The position numbers and the translations under genes were made by a program. A stretch of DNA of 64,000 nucleotides. Origin: Octopus sinensis. Taxonomy: Eukaryota. The DNA lies in assembly GCF_006345805.1 (NCBI RefSeq), contig NC_042997.1:109368001-109432000 (forward strand), read 5' to 3'. Below the pieces are notes generated by a model. That model had not been told where the DNA came from, did not search any database, and worked only from the letters and a program-made list of their open reading frames with translations. Shown here piece after piece: positions 13,263-26,619 of the stretch. How positions within the stretch are numbered: position 1 is the first letter of the stretch; every line of letters begins with the position of its first letter.

Positions 13263-13320
13263 TCATTCCATCTTTTCTTTCTTTCATTTTTTCTGTCTTT
13301 CTTTATTTCTCTCTCAGGTA
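12865..13320. repeat. Polypyrimidine (TTCC)n/(TTTC)n tract
   Basis: Directly visible. Confidence 0.95.
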
Positions 13321-13560
13321 GAGCAATTTCTTATTCATTATTCTTTTTATTCTTTCATATATTCCATTAATCTTCCTTTCAGATTTCACTTTGCGTTCTT
13401 GCCTTTTGCAAATACATTTCATACTCACTGAACACCGCCCACTCTCCTTTTCATAGACAAATCCAACCTGCCATCTCTCTCTCTCTCTCTCACACACACA
13501 CACGCACGCACACCCCTCTATCTATCTATCTGTCTATCTGTCTATCTATCTATCCATCCA

Positions 13561-13591
<31 letters not shown>

Positions 13592-13629
13592 GTCTGTCAG
13601 TTTGTCTGTCTATCTGTCTATCTATCTAC

Positions 13630-13740
<111 letters not shown>

Positions 13741-13744
13741 TCTA

Positions 13745-13784
<40 letters not shown>

Positions 13785-13855
13785 TCTATTTTTTTTCTGT
13801 CTGTCTTTCTATCAATCTATCTATCTATCTGTCTGTCTGTTTCTCTCTCTCTCCC

Positions 13856-13900
<45 letters not shown>

Positions 13901-14017
13901 TTATCTACCTATTTATCTCTCTATCTACCTGTCTGTGTGTCTGTCTGTCTATCTATCTACCTATGTATCTGTCTATCAATCTATCTCACTATATATATAT
14001 ATCTGTCTATTTCTCTC

Positions 14018-14068
<51 letters not shown>

Positions 14069-14611
14069 GTCTATCTGTCTATCTGTCTATCTATCTATCT
14101 GTCTATCTATCTATCTACATCCACAAATCCACTCATTTCATCTCGCCTCGCTGTATCTTTCCTGACTCTTTGTCTTCTAACACAAACCCCAGCGACGATG
14201 TTGGTGCCAAGCTACGTCAGTACATTTGCATTGCACTTGTCCAATTCACATACACACACCCTACCATCAGGCGCACACACACACAGACACACACACACAC
14301 ATATTCACACACGTCTATACAAACCAAAATACTCACACCTATATAAAAGTTAAATATTTATACATATACAGAGACTCGTATATATATATATACCAGTCTG
14401 TATGTTTGTGTGTGTGTTTGTGCGTGTGTATGTGTGTATGTTGGATGTATTCACATGCATATGTGTATACATATACACTGGCAAGGTTTCCTTTGATGTG
14501 GTCCCAAATAAGAGGACTTTCACAAAGACTTGGCTAATTTTAGATTTGTATAATCTGTTGATGAAGTCCAGGGTTGGTTTGAGTTAATTACAGGGAGGTG
14601 GTGGAGAAGCG

Positions 14612-14654
<43 letters not shown>

Positions 14655-15239
14655 AGGAAAAGATGAGCTACAACAAGAACAACAACAACAACAACAGCCT
14701 CGAAACAACACTAATAACAACAACATCAGCGACAGCAACAGCAACAACAGAATTGAAAAGGACTCTAAGACATAGCAGTAATAGAAGGATGAAGAGAAAG
14801 TTTAGGCGGGAAAGGGGATGAGATGGGCTGAGAGATGTGGAAAAAGCAGACGATAATAAGAAATAACTACAAAACGTCTTTGTTGTTGTTTGTTGTTATT
14901 GTTAAGTTAATGAATCTGTGCACCATCTTTGATTTAGAGTTACTGCTATACAAATTCTCCGCTAATGCTCTCTCTTCGGAAAGGCATGCACTTCACATTA
15001 TCATGCTCAACTTGTCCACTCAATTTTTAATTACTTTTTAAACCCACCCAAGAATAAATATTTTCAAAAGCTTCTGTCAAGTCGGTTGAGCGCTGAAGAG
15101 AGAATTCCTATTTGTATGTACTTTGCGATGGATAAAAAAAAAACTACCAAACCAGAGCTTGGGGTTGGTGCAGATTTAAGAACATTGGACCGGATATCTT
15201 GCGGTATTTGTTCCGACTCTTTGTGTTTTCAGATCAAAT

Positions 15240-16070
15240 TCTGCCGTGGCCTTTTTCGGTTCCATTCGCCAGCCGGCTTAACACCACTGTCTGGCATCTT
15301 GGCAACCTTTAGCGGAGTCCAGTCGTTGCAACCATTCGTAGCAGGTCTCTCATTTGAGGTTACTTTCTGCTTCTCTTCTCCAAAACCAGTTTTGAAGGCC
15401 TTCTAAAGTGTCGAGGAAACTGTTTTACCTCTTGAATAAAGGGATTTTCAAATGATTTTGCTGAACAACTCAACTGTTTCAATCCCTTTTATGTAAGAAA
15501 GGTGAGATCAGCTTCCATCGCAGCTCAGAACCCAGTGTTCTGTTGAACCTGACATCCGAAACGAAATCATGAATATTTTAAACTAAACATGTTGACTGTG
15601 TTATTACAAACGATATTCGATAACGCGCTGCGTATTATCGAAACCCACATAGGGTCACTCGGAAAATCTGTTTTCATATATAACTGGGGCCACCATATAA
15701 TCCTAGCATGCACCTAAATTGTAATTTCACTCCGACTCATTTATAAATGTGATGTCTACAGATATGTCCGTCATAGAAACGTCTGGTTGTTCAGCTGTGT
15801 TGAGACCAAAAGCTTCAGAGAACCGTTTCCGTTGCTTTCCACCGCCAAGACCACCATTCCATCTTCCGGATTAACGTCGTCTGTCATGAAGCTTGATCCA
15901 GCTGAACAAACAAGGTTTAAATCGAAGCGTTGTAAATGCTAGTCCCGTTCGCAAGACCATTTCTATTTTGAAGTCCCTTGAGGCATCCAGCAGTCGTTCT
16001 GCACCATTCTATACTGGGAATTCGTCCCATTGGCGCAAGAGAGACCCTTCATACAACCATCGTTAAAAGT
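15240..16070 (-). mobile_element. Highly decayed RTE-like LINE remnant
   Basis: Minus-strand fragments FSEAFGL and VAKMPD...GE...RKRPR resemble RTE RT and C-terminal motifs; no intact frame. Confidence 0.45.
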
Positions 16071-16654
16071 AACTGCTAACTGAAAGCCTGATAGTAAAGA
16101 TTGTTGCTAAGATAGCAGTCCTGGTTTAGGACGAATGTTGCTGTAATTTAGACGCGAGAGACATCATTTCCAGCTGGCTATACGACACGATAAATTACAG
16201 CAACATTCGTCCTAAACCAGGACTGCCGTGTTATCTTGGCAAACAGTCTTTACTAGAAAGTACTGTTGCTGAATATCTCACGTTGTGAGATTTAAAAATA
16301 GTAATTTTCTAATGAAAGCCTGATGTCTCAAATCTCTCTTCAATCTCCGTTCTTCTCTAAGACATCGGAATGGATTTCAGTAGTAAAAAAACTCTTTCGC
16401 GTCTGCAGACGGAAAGCAGACATATTCTTTTATCTTATGCTTCTTTCAGTCATTTGACTGTGGCCATGCTGGAGCAGAACCGTGAAGAGTTTTAGTCAAA
16501 CGAATCGACCCCAGTTATTAATTTTTTTTAAGCCTGGTTCTTAATCTATCGGTCTCTTTTGCTGAGCCGCTAAGTTACGGGGACGTAAACACAGCAGCAT
16601 CGGTTATTAATCGGGATAAGGTGAAGGTGGAAAAACACACTCACACACATAAAT

Positions 16655-16706
<52 letters not shown>

Positions 16707-17851
16707 AGACATTCGTTTCTTTTACATGATGGAGGCGCGCCTGTTGTGTTTTTATTCAGGAACTCCGTGTTTATATCCGTAACAACAGGCCAAGAACTGT
16801 ATAAACAAATAAAGAATCGTATCTTGCGCTGATTTATTCCACTATTTTTATCTTGCGGAATGTGTGGTCGTTTTCGTGCCAAGAAAGGAAACTCTTCATG
16901 TATTTCTCAACTGGGATAAAGAAGAAAAAAACGATAATTTAATCAATTATAAGAAATAGAATAAGTTCTTCAGTATATACATGCATGTGTGTGTGTGTGT
17001 GTGCGTGTGTGAAAATATGCTAAACCTGTTTATTGATTATAAATTCAATCGATTTGTCATTTACACTCCTCACTCACAAGTAATGTTGTTGTCATCTCCC
17101 AGGAGACAAGCAAGAAATAATTTCTAAAGTATTTACAGAAACATTTATAATTGACAAATTCTGGTCACATTTCAAAAGTCGATTGTTGTTTGTATTTTGT
17201 GATTTAGTAAGCTGTTTCATCTTCCAGCTTCTTCACTTTCTTATTTACTAAACGCCAAAAAAAAAAAAAAGAAATTACCGGAAACCACTATTTTTTAAAC
17301 AAAATTTCGCGCTGCACACACCGCGATTTTTTGTGCAAACCCAAAGTGAAATGCTGACGAGCTTTAAAGTGCAAGTATATACATCGAACGAGTAAATTCT
17401 GCTGTTAGACTTTGACTCCAGATTGCAACCTGCGTGATAAAGCTCTTCATGTACAGATAGATCAATCTTATGCCTATCAAAAATATCAATCTTTCGTATA
17501 GGCTTTTTTTATGAAATCATATTGACATATTCTGTTGTGTCAGGAGAGAGTCATTTTCTTTTGCACCTTATGATTTAACACATGCACCGGTAAAATTTAC
17601 ACTTATTTCTTATAAAATTAAGAAATTTTACCAGTGAGTGTGTTAAATCATAAGGCACAAAAAGAAAATGGCCCTCCCCAGACACAACAAAATATGCTTC
17701 AACGCACGAACTCATATAAAGAATCTTGCAAACCAAATCCAAAAACGAAACATATTGACATAGAAAACCAGAAAATCCTCAGAACCCCTCATTTCAGGGT
17801 AAGTATTAAAGAGCTCAAGAGCGGCTGTACTTGCGTGATGATTGATTATTC

Positions 17852-18434
17852 TTTTCTACTCTAGGCACAAGGCCCGAAATTCTGAGGCAAGGGGCCAGTC
17901 GATTATATCGACCCCAGTGTGTAACTGGGACTTAATTTATCAACTCCGAAAGGATGAAAGGCAAAATCGACATCGGCGGAAATCGAACTCAGAACGAAAC
18001 GACAGACGAAATACCTATTTCTTTACTACCCACAAAGGGCTAAACACAGAGAGGACAAACAAGGACAGACAAACGGATTAAGTCGATTGTATCGACCCCA
18101 GTGTGTAACTGGTTCTTATTTAATCGAGCACGAAAGGATGAAAGGCAAAGTCGACCTCGGCAGAATTTGAACTCAGAACGTAAAGACAGACGAAATACCT
18201 ATTTCTTTACTACCCACAAGGGGCTAAAAACACATAGAGGACAAACAAGGACAGGCAAACGGATTAAGTCGATTACATGGACCCCCAGTGCATAACTGGT
18301 ACTTATGTAATCGACCTCGAAAGGATGAAAGGTAAAGTCGACCTCGGCGGAATTTGAACTCAGAACGTAGCGGCAGACGAAATACCGCTAAGCATTTCTC
18401 ACGGCGTACTAATGTTTCCGCCACCTCACTGCCT
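17852..18434 (-). mobile_element. Head-to-tail trimer of SINE family A
   Basis: Three core units about 170-175 bp apart; one intact head at about 18434; internal units joined at GAAATAC|CTATTTC. Confidence 0.9.
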
Positions 18435-18917
18435 TGGTTGCGTTATGATGATTGCTCAAACATTACCATTTGTTCAAATTTTAAAGAAATGAGAAACAAA
18501 ACTCTTTAAAATTCATATTCTTCGCCAAAATCTTGGTTGATACTGACCAAACGCTCTTTCTTTTATCTTTTACTTGTTTCAGCCAATAGACTGCGGCCAT
18601 GCTGTGGCACCGCCTTCAACCATTTTAGTCGATCGAATCGACTCCAGAACTTATTTTTTCGTAAAGTTTGGCACTACTTCTGTCTCTTTTGCCGAACCGC
18701 TAAATCACGGAGGAGGTATATGTATATATAATGTTTTCGTTTCTCATTGTGTTCAGCATTTTGTTAATGTCCCGTACCCATATATGCATGTATATAAACC
18801 TATAGATGTAGGTATGTACATATATGTATGTATATAGGCATATATTTATATCTTATTTATATTATTATATATATATATATGGTAATGTTTGAGCAATAAT
18901 CATAACGCAATCAAGGC

Positions 18918-19181
18918 GTGTTTCTGTACGTGTCCACCTACTATCGCTTGACAACCGATGCTGGTGTATTTACGTCCCCGTAACTTAGCAGTTCGGCAAA
19001 ACAGACCGATATAATTAGTACTAGGCTTACAAACAATAAGTCCTGGGGTCGATTTGCTCGACTGAAGACGGTGTTCCAGAATGGTGTTCCAGTATGGCCG
19101 CAGTCAAATGATTGAAACAAGTAACAGAATAAAAACATACATACATATGTATATATACATATACACACGCACACAATCACT

Positions 19182-19228
<47 letters not shown>

Positions 19229-19563
19229 GTATGTGTATACATACATATATATATATATATTTAAATGTATACACATACATATACATATACATATATATGT
19301 ATGTATGTATACACATACATATATATATATATGTATATGTATGTGTATACATATATATATATGTTTCAATTATTTGACTGCGGCCATACTGGAACACCAT
19401 TCTGGAACACCGTCTTCAGTCGAGCAAATCGACCCCAGGACTTTTTGTTTGTAAGCCTAGTACTAATTATATCGGTCTGTTTTGCCGAACTGCTAAGTTA
19501 CGGGGACGTAAATACACCAGCATCGGTTGTCAAGCGATAGTAGGTGGACACGTACAGAAACAC
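18918..19563. repeat. About 202-bp near-perfect inverted repeat of a SINE-B tail around a TA/CATA microsatellite
   Basis: 18918-19119 is the reverse complement of 19362-19563, including a shared internal duplication GGTGTTCCAGAAT-GGTGTTCCAGTAT. Confidence 0.92.
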
Positions 19564-20467
19564 AAACATATACTTCAGTTTCCGTCTACCTAATCGACTC
19601 ACAAGGCTTTGGTCGGCCCATGGCTATAGTAGAAGACCCTTGCACATGGTGCCACGCAGTGAGATTGAACCTGGAACCATGTAGGTGGGAAGCAGACTTC
19701 TCACACGCCTGCACCCATGTTAATGGTATTATGAGTAACGCTTCTCTTAACAACCAACACATTCATTCTGTAACTAGTTAACATCTGACTGGGTTGAAAT
19801 ATTTCTTATTTGTTGACAGGAATTGTATATTTGTAGAATATCCACAGAACAGAACGCAGTCTTCACTGCCTGCAGAAACGAGGCTTTTCATATAAAACTG
19901 TTAACCCCAGATCATATTGGCGAGATGTAGAAATACTCTAACTAAGCCAATATATTTATAGTTAGGCTTCAATAAGTATTAGCTCTATATTCAATGCAAC
20001 ACATACAAATACCTGGTCTTTTTGCATTATATATAATAAGTATTCAATCACGTAGTTTCCTCAGATTCTTTCCCCCACCATTTCAAACATCTATTTAGAT
20101 TCTGTCTTTCTCGCACACATACTATCAATCTTTTTTCCCTTTTCTCTTAGGAATTTTGGAGTCGACCTCATCCGTTTCACCTTTGAACTTGTGTTTCGGA
20201 AAATGATAGGACACGAAAGAGATCAAAATCATATTTCCAATTCCTCGATACCACTGGAAATTGGCAATGATAAATGGTTTATCATTAATTTCTCTTCTGC
20301 TATCGTTGCTGTTTGTGTGAGGTTTTGTGATGCAGCTTGTTCGATGTTGACCATAAATTACTTTGATAGAGATCGTAAATTGTATGTGCAGCTAATGAAA
20401 GTAAACACGGTCAGCTTACCTGAATGAAAACGCTGATTTAGACACACACACACACACACACCACACA

Positions 20468-20505
<38 letters not shown>

Positions 20506-20823
20506 ACACACACACACACATAGACATGTAACCACATACACACACAAGCACATACAACCTTACACTCAGACACAGACAGCGGCACAGGCAAAGATGCAGA
20601 CATGAACACACATATCAATACATATATGCTAAGATTTGAGCATGTGCTTCTGAGGGACTTACAAACAGGGAAAATATGCGTGTGCATGTGTGTTAGTGTG
20701 TGTGAGAGAGAGATATAGAGAGAGGAAGAAATAGAGAGAGAATGACAGAGGGAGAGAGAGAGAGACTGTGTATGAATGCATGTTTAAGTAAGAATTAACA
20801 GAAATTCTATGGCCGAGATGTAT

Positions 20824-20975
20824 AGGCGTGGGTGTGTGGCATGGTGTTTAAGAAGCTTGCTTCGTAACCACATGGTTCCGGGTTCAGTCCCACTGTGTGG
20901 CCCTTTTGGCAAGTGTCTTCTACTATAACCTCAGGCAGACAAAAGCTTTGAGTGGATTTGGATGCCGGAAACAAT
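20824..20975 (+). mobile_element. SINE family B head
   Basis: CCACATGGTTCCGGGTTCAGTCCCACTG...GGCAAGTGTCTTCTACTATA. Confidence 0.82.
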
Positions 20976-21134
20976 CATATATATATATGCGAAATTTTGG
21001 GGGAGGGGGCTAGCCGATTATTCGACTCTGAAAGGATGAAAGCAAAGTCAAACGCAACGGAATTTGAACTCAGAACATTAAGACAATTGAAATACTGCTA
21101 AGCATTTAAATGTGATGGTCATATTCATATATGC

Positions 21135-21330
21135 ATATATAGTTAATCCAAACAAGAAAGCACAAACAAACACAACAACGCGAGGACGTGGAATAAATAT
21201 AGTATTATTGGACGCTCAGGAAAGAAGGAAAGAAGGAGGGTTTAACGTTTCGAGCGGAGCTCTTCGTCGGAAACATAGGAGAAGGAAAGACAGAGGAAAA
21301 AAAATCGCCAACGGTACACACGAGGTCACA
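21135..21330 (-). mobile_element. PLE-like family H1 copy with variant hammerhead
   Basis: Reverse complement of the 12019 element; hammerhead at 21240-21274. Confidence 0.75.
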
Positions 21331-23054
21331 TTTTTTTTATATATATATATTGCATGTGTGTATGTCACCCCACCTCCTCTTGATAACTCGCCTTGATGAG
21401 TTTACGTCCCTATAACTGCTTGATGGGGCGCTGCTACCGTCACTGCCGTTGCCGCAGCCATTGTTGCCGTTGCTGCTGTTGTGGGCGTACGTGTCGTTCC
21501 TGTTTGCGGTATTACTCTGACTGCCAGTGGCGGTAGCAGCGCATTAAGCAGCAGGGACAACAACATCAACAGTTACGGCGGCAGCAGCAACACCGACATT
21601 GCGACCAGAAATGGCTGCTACACCAACAATAGCGGAACCACCAGAATCACGTCCAGGAATATTAGCACCAGTAGCGACTCCAACAACAACTACAATAATA
21701 TCAGACCCGGAGTTAACGAAAGAAACATCAACTTTGGTAGTACATCCAGTACACACACACGAAAATATTTCGGTTTAACCGCCGACCTCGTTTACGCAAC
21801 GTCTGAACAACCACATGTCCTCTTTTATGATACCGTTAAAGCGCAACATCACGTCACTGGCCAACCACGCATGGCGCTTAAAACAGGAAGGAACCCCATA
21901 CGTAATTAAATGTAAGCTCCTTGAAGTAGGAACAAACGGTGTAACATTTCTTGACAGAAAGAGCAAGAAACCTAAAAGACTTGCTCAACTCAGGAACCTT
22001 TGTAAACTCCAGGAAAGAAGCATTTATTCAGTGCCCTCAGGTAAAATGTTTCCTACAACTTAGAATACCCATTCGTTAAATAGGCCCGCTGCAGCTCCTT
22101 CGAATATCAACACAGTCAGAGCCGATGTAAGTGGAGTAGCTCCGTCCCGCCTGCAATGCGGAGAAATATATTTTTTGTATACAAAACTAATTTACCGCGA
22201 CGTATTAAATTTCAGTTAAGCTGTTGAAATGTGAAGCTAACAGTTTGAGAAATACTTCTAATTTAAAGGTTTATGAATAGAATTAACCAAGTGAATTCAT
22301 AAATCCAACTATCTGAGTCAATGAGTCCCTGAAGCTTAGCAATACTGAGCCGATGAGTCACACATGCTTTGTTAGCACTGTGCTTGAAATGTAGGTGTGC
22401 GGTTGTGTACTAAGTTCACATATTCCATTCACCTTCATAATGCCATGAAACTGTTATAAACATCGCAAACAACTTTTGCTATTTATGAAAAATATGTAAA
22501 ATATTAAGACAAATGGCGAAAATATCTATAATAAAATTCTAATTGATAAATATAAATTTTTATTAAAACAAAACACGCAGGTGAAGTAAATCTCGTGGCG
22601 TGAAGAATCAACAGAACACAACGTGCGGTTGTCACGGTAACAATCTGTTAAAGCCTCGCTGTCTATTGATTGGCTAAAATTACCCAAATTTCCCAACTTT
22701 AATTACAAATAACATCAGATTATTTAATTTACGAGATAAAGTAATAGGTTGATCGTAAGCAAAATTCAGAGTTGCATCGATGCGTCAAAACTAAAAGCAA
22801 TCTGATCAAAATTAAAGGGGACTCGTTTTGTCAATGAAACTAACGAGATCCAAAAGTTTTAGCAATGGTTTGAGATAATCTTTAACATATATACAATCAC
22901 ATTCTTATAGAATTCTCATAGGCGGAATTCCAAAAAGATATATAGGTATGTTAGTTTTTGTTGAGGACTTTTTTTGTGAAGTAAAGTTCCGTTTTTTTTT
23001 TTTTTCGGCATTTTGAATTTTCCTTCACATATTTGCAAATGTTTCTTTTTTTCC

Positions 23055-23600
23055 AAACGTTTAATTTTGGCACAAACTTCTTTATGAAATGTTGCTCCAT
23101 CGTTTTTCACGAGTTTGGGTCTTTCCTTGAGCATTTCTAGAAGGGGAAAAGTTTTGAATTTTCCTTCTCTACATATTTCCAAATGTTTGCTCAGTGGAAT
23201 TTTCCGTAGCTCCTCTTGTCAGATCTGTTGTTTGTGGATACTTGCACGTTGGCAAAGGGAATTATTGGTTTCGCTAATATAATTCCCCTTGCATCTGGGC
23301 CAACGAATGCAGTGTATGAGGTTTTGTGTCTTGCAGTTCATTTACGTTAAACGAGAATCCACTCATACATTTTATGTGGGTGTCTCCATCTATATATTTG
23401 TAGTTGTTGTTGTTGTTGCATATTGCACATCTGCTGTCTCCACATTCCTTTTCGGAGAATTCTGTTTCATTCTCTGATGTGAATTTTGCTCTTGTAAGAT
23501 GTTTTTTAAGGTTCTTCTTTCCTGGCGTTTACTATTTCGTAGGTCGCTTTTGTCTATCAGTTTTCACATACTGAGGCTCTGTAAGACTATTGGTAGGTTT
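23055..23600 (-). mobile_element. Penelope-like element (Neptune-type) GIY-YIG endonuclease remnant
   Basis: Manual minus-strand translation across frameshifts: CGDSRCAIC (Cys linker), NCKTQNLIHCIRWPRCKGNYISETNNSLCQRASIHKQQI, RKIPLSKHLEIC...KFKTFP, KTMEQHFIKKFVPKLN. Confidence 0.8.
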
Positions 23601-23695
23601 GATTGTACATCACTTCAAAAACTCTCTCTCATCCTCTCTCTCCCTCCCTCCCTCTCTCTCTCTCTCTCTCTGTATATATATATATATATATATAT

Positions 23696-24765
23696 AAACA
23701 ATTAAGATTCAAGTGAGTTCCAATGAATTCACATGAATGCGGTACTTAACTTAGATGCACCAGAAATCTATATGGTATTAACCATAAAATAATGTGGGGT
23801 GATTATAAACAAGAAAAAAGCAACAAAAATGGATTAGTTGTTCAGTACAATTGTTTCATACGAAGAACAGCTTTATTAAAAGCTGTAAATATTGCAGCAA
23901 ATACAAGTGTCCCGTATTCATCAGCCAAAACACATATGAGTTTTCCAAACATCCTAGGGGGTGAGGCTACACTCATGAAGTATCGAAGAGAGTTCTATGA
24001 AAAGCAAAGTTAGATTGTAAGCAGACTTCAAAAGTTCTCTAATGATGCACAGTTTTATAAAAGGTTTTTAAAATAAGTTTGTTAGCTTCACAGAAAAGGT
24101 AAATCCATCCGTAATAATGCAGGTGTAATTTCCGGAGATATGAGGAGATATTTCATACTCAGAGAAGATGAATATATCCATAATAATATAGATGTAATTT
24201 CCTGATATATGAGAAGGTGTTCACAAAACTACTATGTTGGAAGAACAGATTGACTATATTGGCTAAAAGAAGTCTCAAAAGAAGTCAGTGAAGCAGAAAC
24301 CGCCCAAATAAGGGCATTATGGGACATTATGTGAGGAAGGGGTGTAAGTACACAACCTACAAAGTTTAGTTTATTTCTGTGGTGACAGAAAATCTAGGTC
24401 AGTGTTGCAGGAATCTGAGATTTATAATTTATAAAAGAGAACATTACTTTTGACCATCATACAGCTATTAACTGCCACTCCTACAGAGTTAAAAGCAGGT
24501 ATAAGAATATAAAGAGAACAAAAGAAAGTATCAAAGGGGTCAAAGGCTATCAGTAGAGGAAAATACATTAAGAGATTTAAGTTCAACACTAGAACAGGAG
24601 GTTATTTATTTATTTATTATTGTTTCTATTTATACAAATGTTTATACATTGTAAGACAGACTTTAGGTCTATACCTAGAGGTCAATTAATTTCTACAGTA
24701 AAAGGTGTGAGAGCCATTGACCCCTTTGATACTTTCTTTAGTTCTCTTTATATTCTTATACCTGC
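23696..24765 (-). mobile_element. Decayed Penelope-like element with hammerhead and 5' inversion
   Basis: 3' end abuts (TA)n. Minus-strand hammerhead at 23840-23930 (CTGATGA-ATACG...CGTAT-GAAA-CAATTG-TA). About 58-bp inverted repeat at 24495-24552 / 24708-24765. Confidence 0.65.
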
Positions 24766-25254
24766 CTATACACGCATACATAATGGTACATTCTGCCAAA
24801 CAACCCCGCAGATTTGCGGGCTGTAGATGTGGAGGTCTTCAAAGAACGTCTGTAGAAATTTTTATCTGAAATACCAGATGAACCCATATTGCGACAGAAG
24901 GCAAAGGGGAGCAGCTCCGCCCGACTATCTAATTTACCAGGAACAATGCAGAAAGGGAATCCAATCACACTTAAAAGCAGTGCTCCAGCATGGCCTCAGC
25001 TTCTGGCCGTAACCAGTAATGGATAAAAGACGTATGTGTGTTTGTTTGTGAGCTATTAGTTGTTAGGGTTAAATGTATAGAAGACCTCTTTTTTATATCG
25101 TTGTGTGTGTGTGTGTGTGTGTGTGTCATTAGATATTCAATCCGTAATTAGAAGAAATTTGCTTTTCTTAGGCTGATTGCATAGCCATTCCTATGCATTA
25201 TTATTTGGGTATCTGCCAATATTTAATGGAAAGCTTACTCGCAGAATCACACGG

Positions 25255-25855
25255 ATGAAGAAGAAGAAGAAGAAGAAATGGAAGATGAAGAAGAAGAAGA
25301 AGAAGAAGAAGAAGAAGAAGAGAAGAAGAAGAAGAAGAAGAAGTAGAAGAAGAAGAAGAAGAAGAAGAAGTGGAAGAGGAAGAAGTGGAGGATGAAAAGA
25401 AGAAGAAGATGAAGAAAAAGAAGAAGTGGAAGACGAAGAAATGGAAGAAGAAGAAGAAGTGGAAGAGGAAGAAGTGGAGGATGAAAAGAAGAAGAAGATG
25501 AAGAAAAAGAAGTAGAAGAAGAAGTGGAAGAAGAAGTGGAAGTAGAAGAAGAAGTAGAAGAAGAAGAAGAAGAAGAAGAAGTGGAAGAGGAAGAAGTGGA
25601 GGATGAAAAGAAGAAGAAGATGAAGAAAAAGAAGAAGAGGAAGAAGAAGAAGATGAAGAGGTGGAGGAGAAGTAGAAGAGGAAGAGGTGGAGAAGAAGAA
25701 GAAGAAGAAGAAGAAGTGGAAAAGGAGAAGGATGAGAAGAAAAAGAAGAAGAAGAAGAAGAAGAAGAGGAAGAGGTGGAGAAGAAGAAGAAGAAGAGGAA
25801 GATGTGGAGAAGAAGAAGAAGAAGAAGAGGTAGAGGAGGAGGAAGAAAAGGAAAG
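25255..25855. repeat. Degenerate (GAA)n polypurine tract
   Basis: Directly visible. Confidence 0.95.
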
Positions 25856-26345
25856 ATAGCAGCAGTAATAGTGGTGTTGGTGGTGATAGTGTTGGTGGTG
25901 ATGGTGATGGTGGTGGTGGTAGGGACAACAACAGTAGCGTCTGCAGTGGTGGCTGTATTGGGAGTATACGAAAAAGAAAAAGAAACTGTGGTGTCTGGTA
26001 ATTCTTAAGTAACAGTGCTTCCTACTTTGAGAATAAATGGTGTGTTGATTCCTATGTGGCGCAATCCAGTCAACTTTCCAATACGGGTGAAAGCCTGGAA
26101 ATTCTGCAGATTACTCCAGAAACAGTGAAATTATTTTAAAATTGACTCCCGTTGCCAAGAAGTCTTTGAAAACATCTTTCATTGTCAGTAGCCTTCTTCG
26201 TTCTCTATCAGGAGAAGAAAATTGCGAAAGAAGAAAAAACGTTGCGAGCTAACAATTATTTAACAGTTCTTTATTAATGTCTGTCTGTGTGTCTTCCTGA
26301 TTTACCTTTGCTTCGTTTTTCTCACTTTCACAGAGAAGACCCTTC

Positions 26346-26392
<47 letters not shown>

Positions 26393-26504
26393 CTACTCAT
26401 GCTTTTGCTCGTACATGTACCCACATGAACAAAAGGTGTCTTCGACGTTCGCTTCAAAGGAAATTGTCAGTGCTGCCATCTTTACCTTCTTCCTTTCCTT
26501 GTAC

Positions 26505-26541
26505 CACATGACAAGATTCCGAGTTCGAATCCAGGCAGTGA

Positions 26542-26619
<78 letters not shown>

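Noticed and set aside
21481-21909. 142-aa Asn/Ser/Thr-rich ORF as a host gene
   Set aside because: GTG start, derived from degenerate trinucleotide repeats, no domain or splice support.
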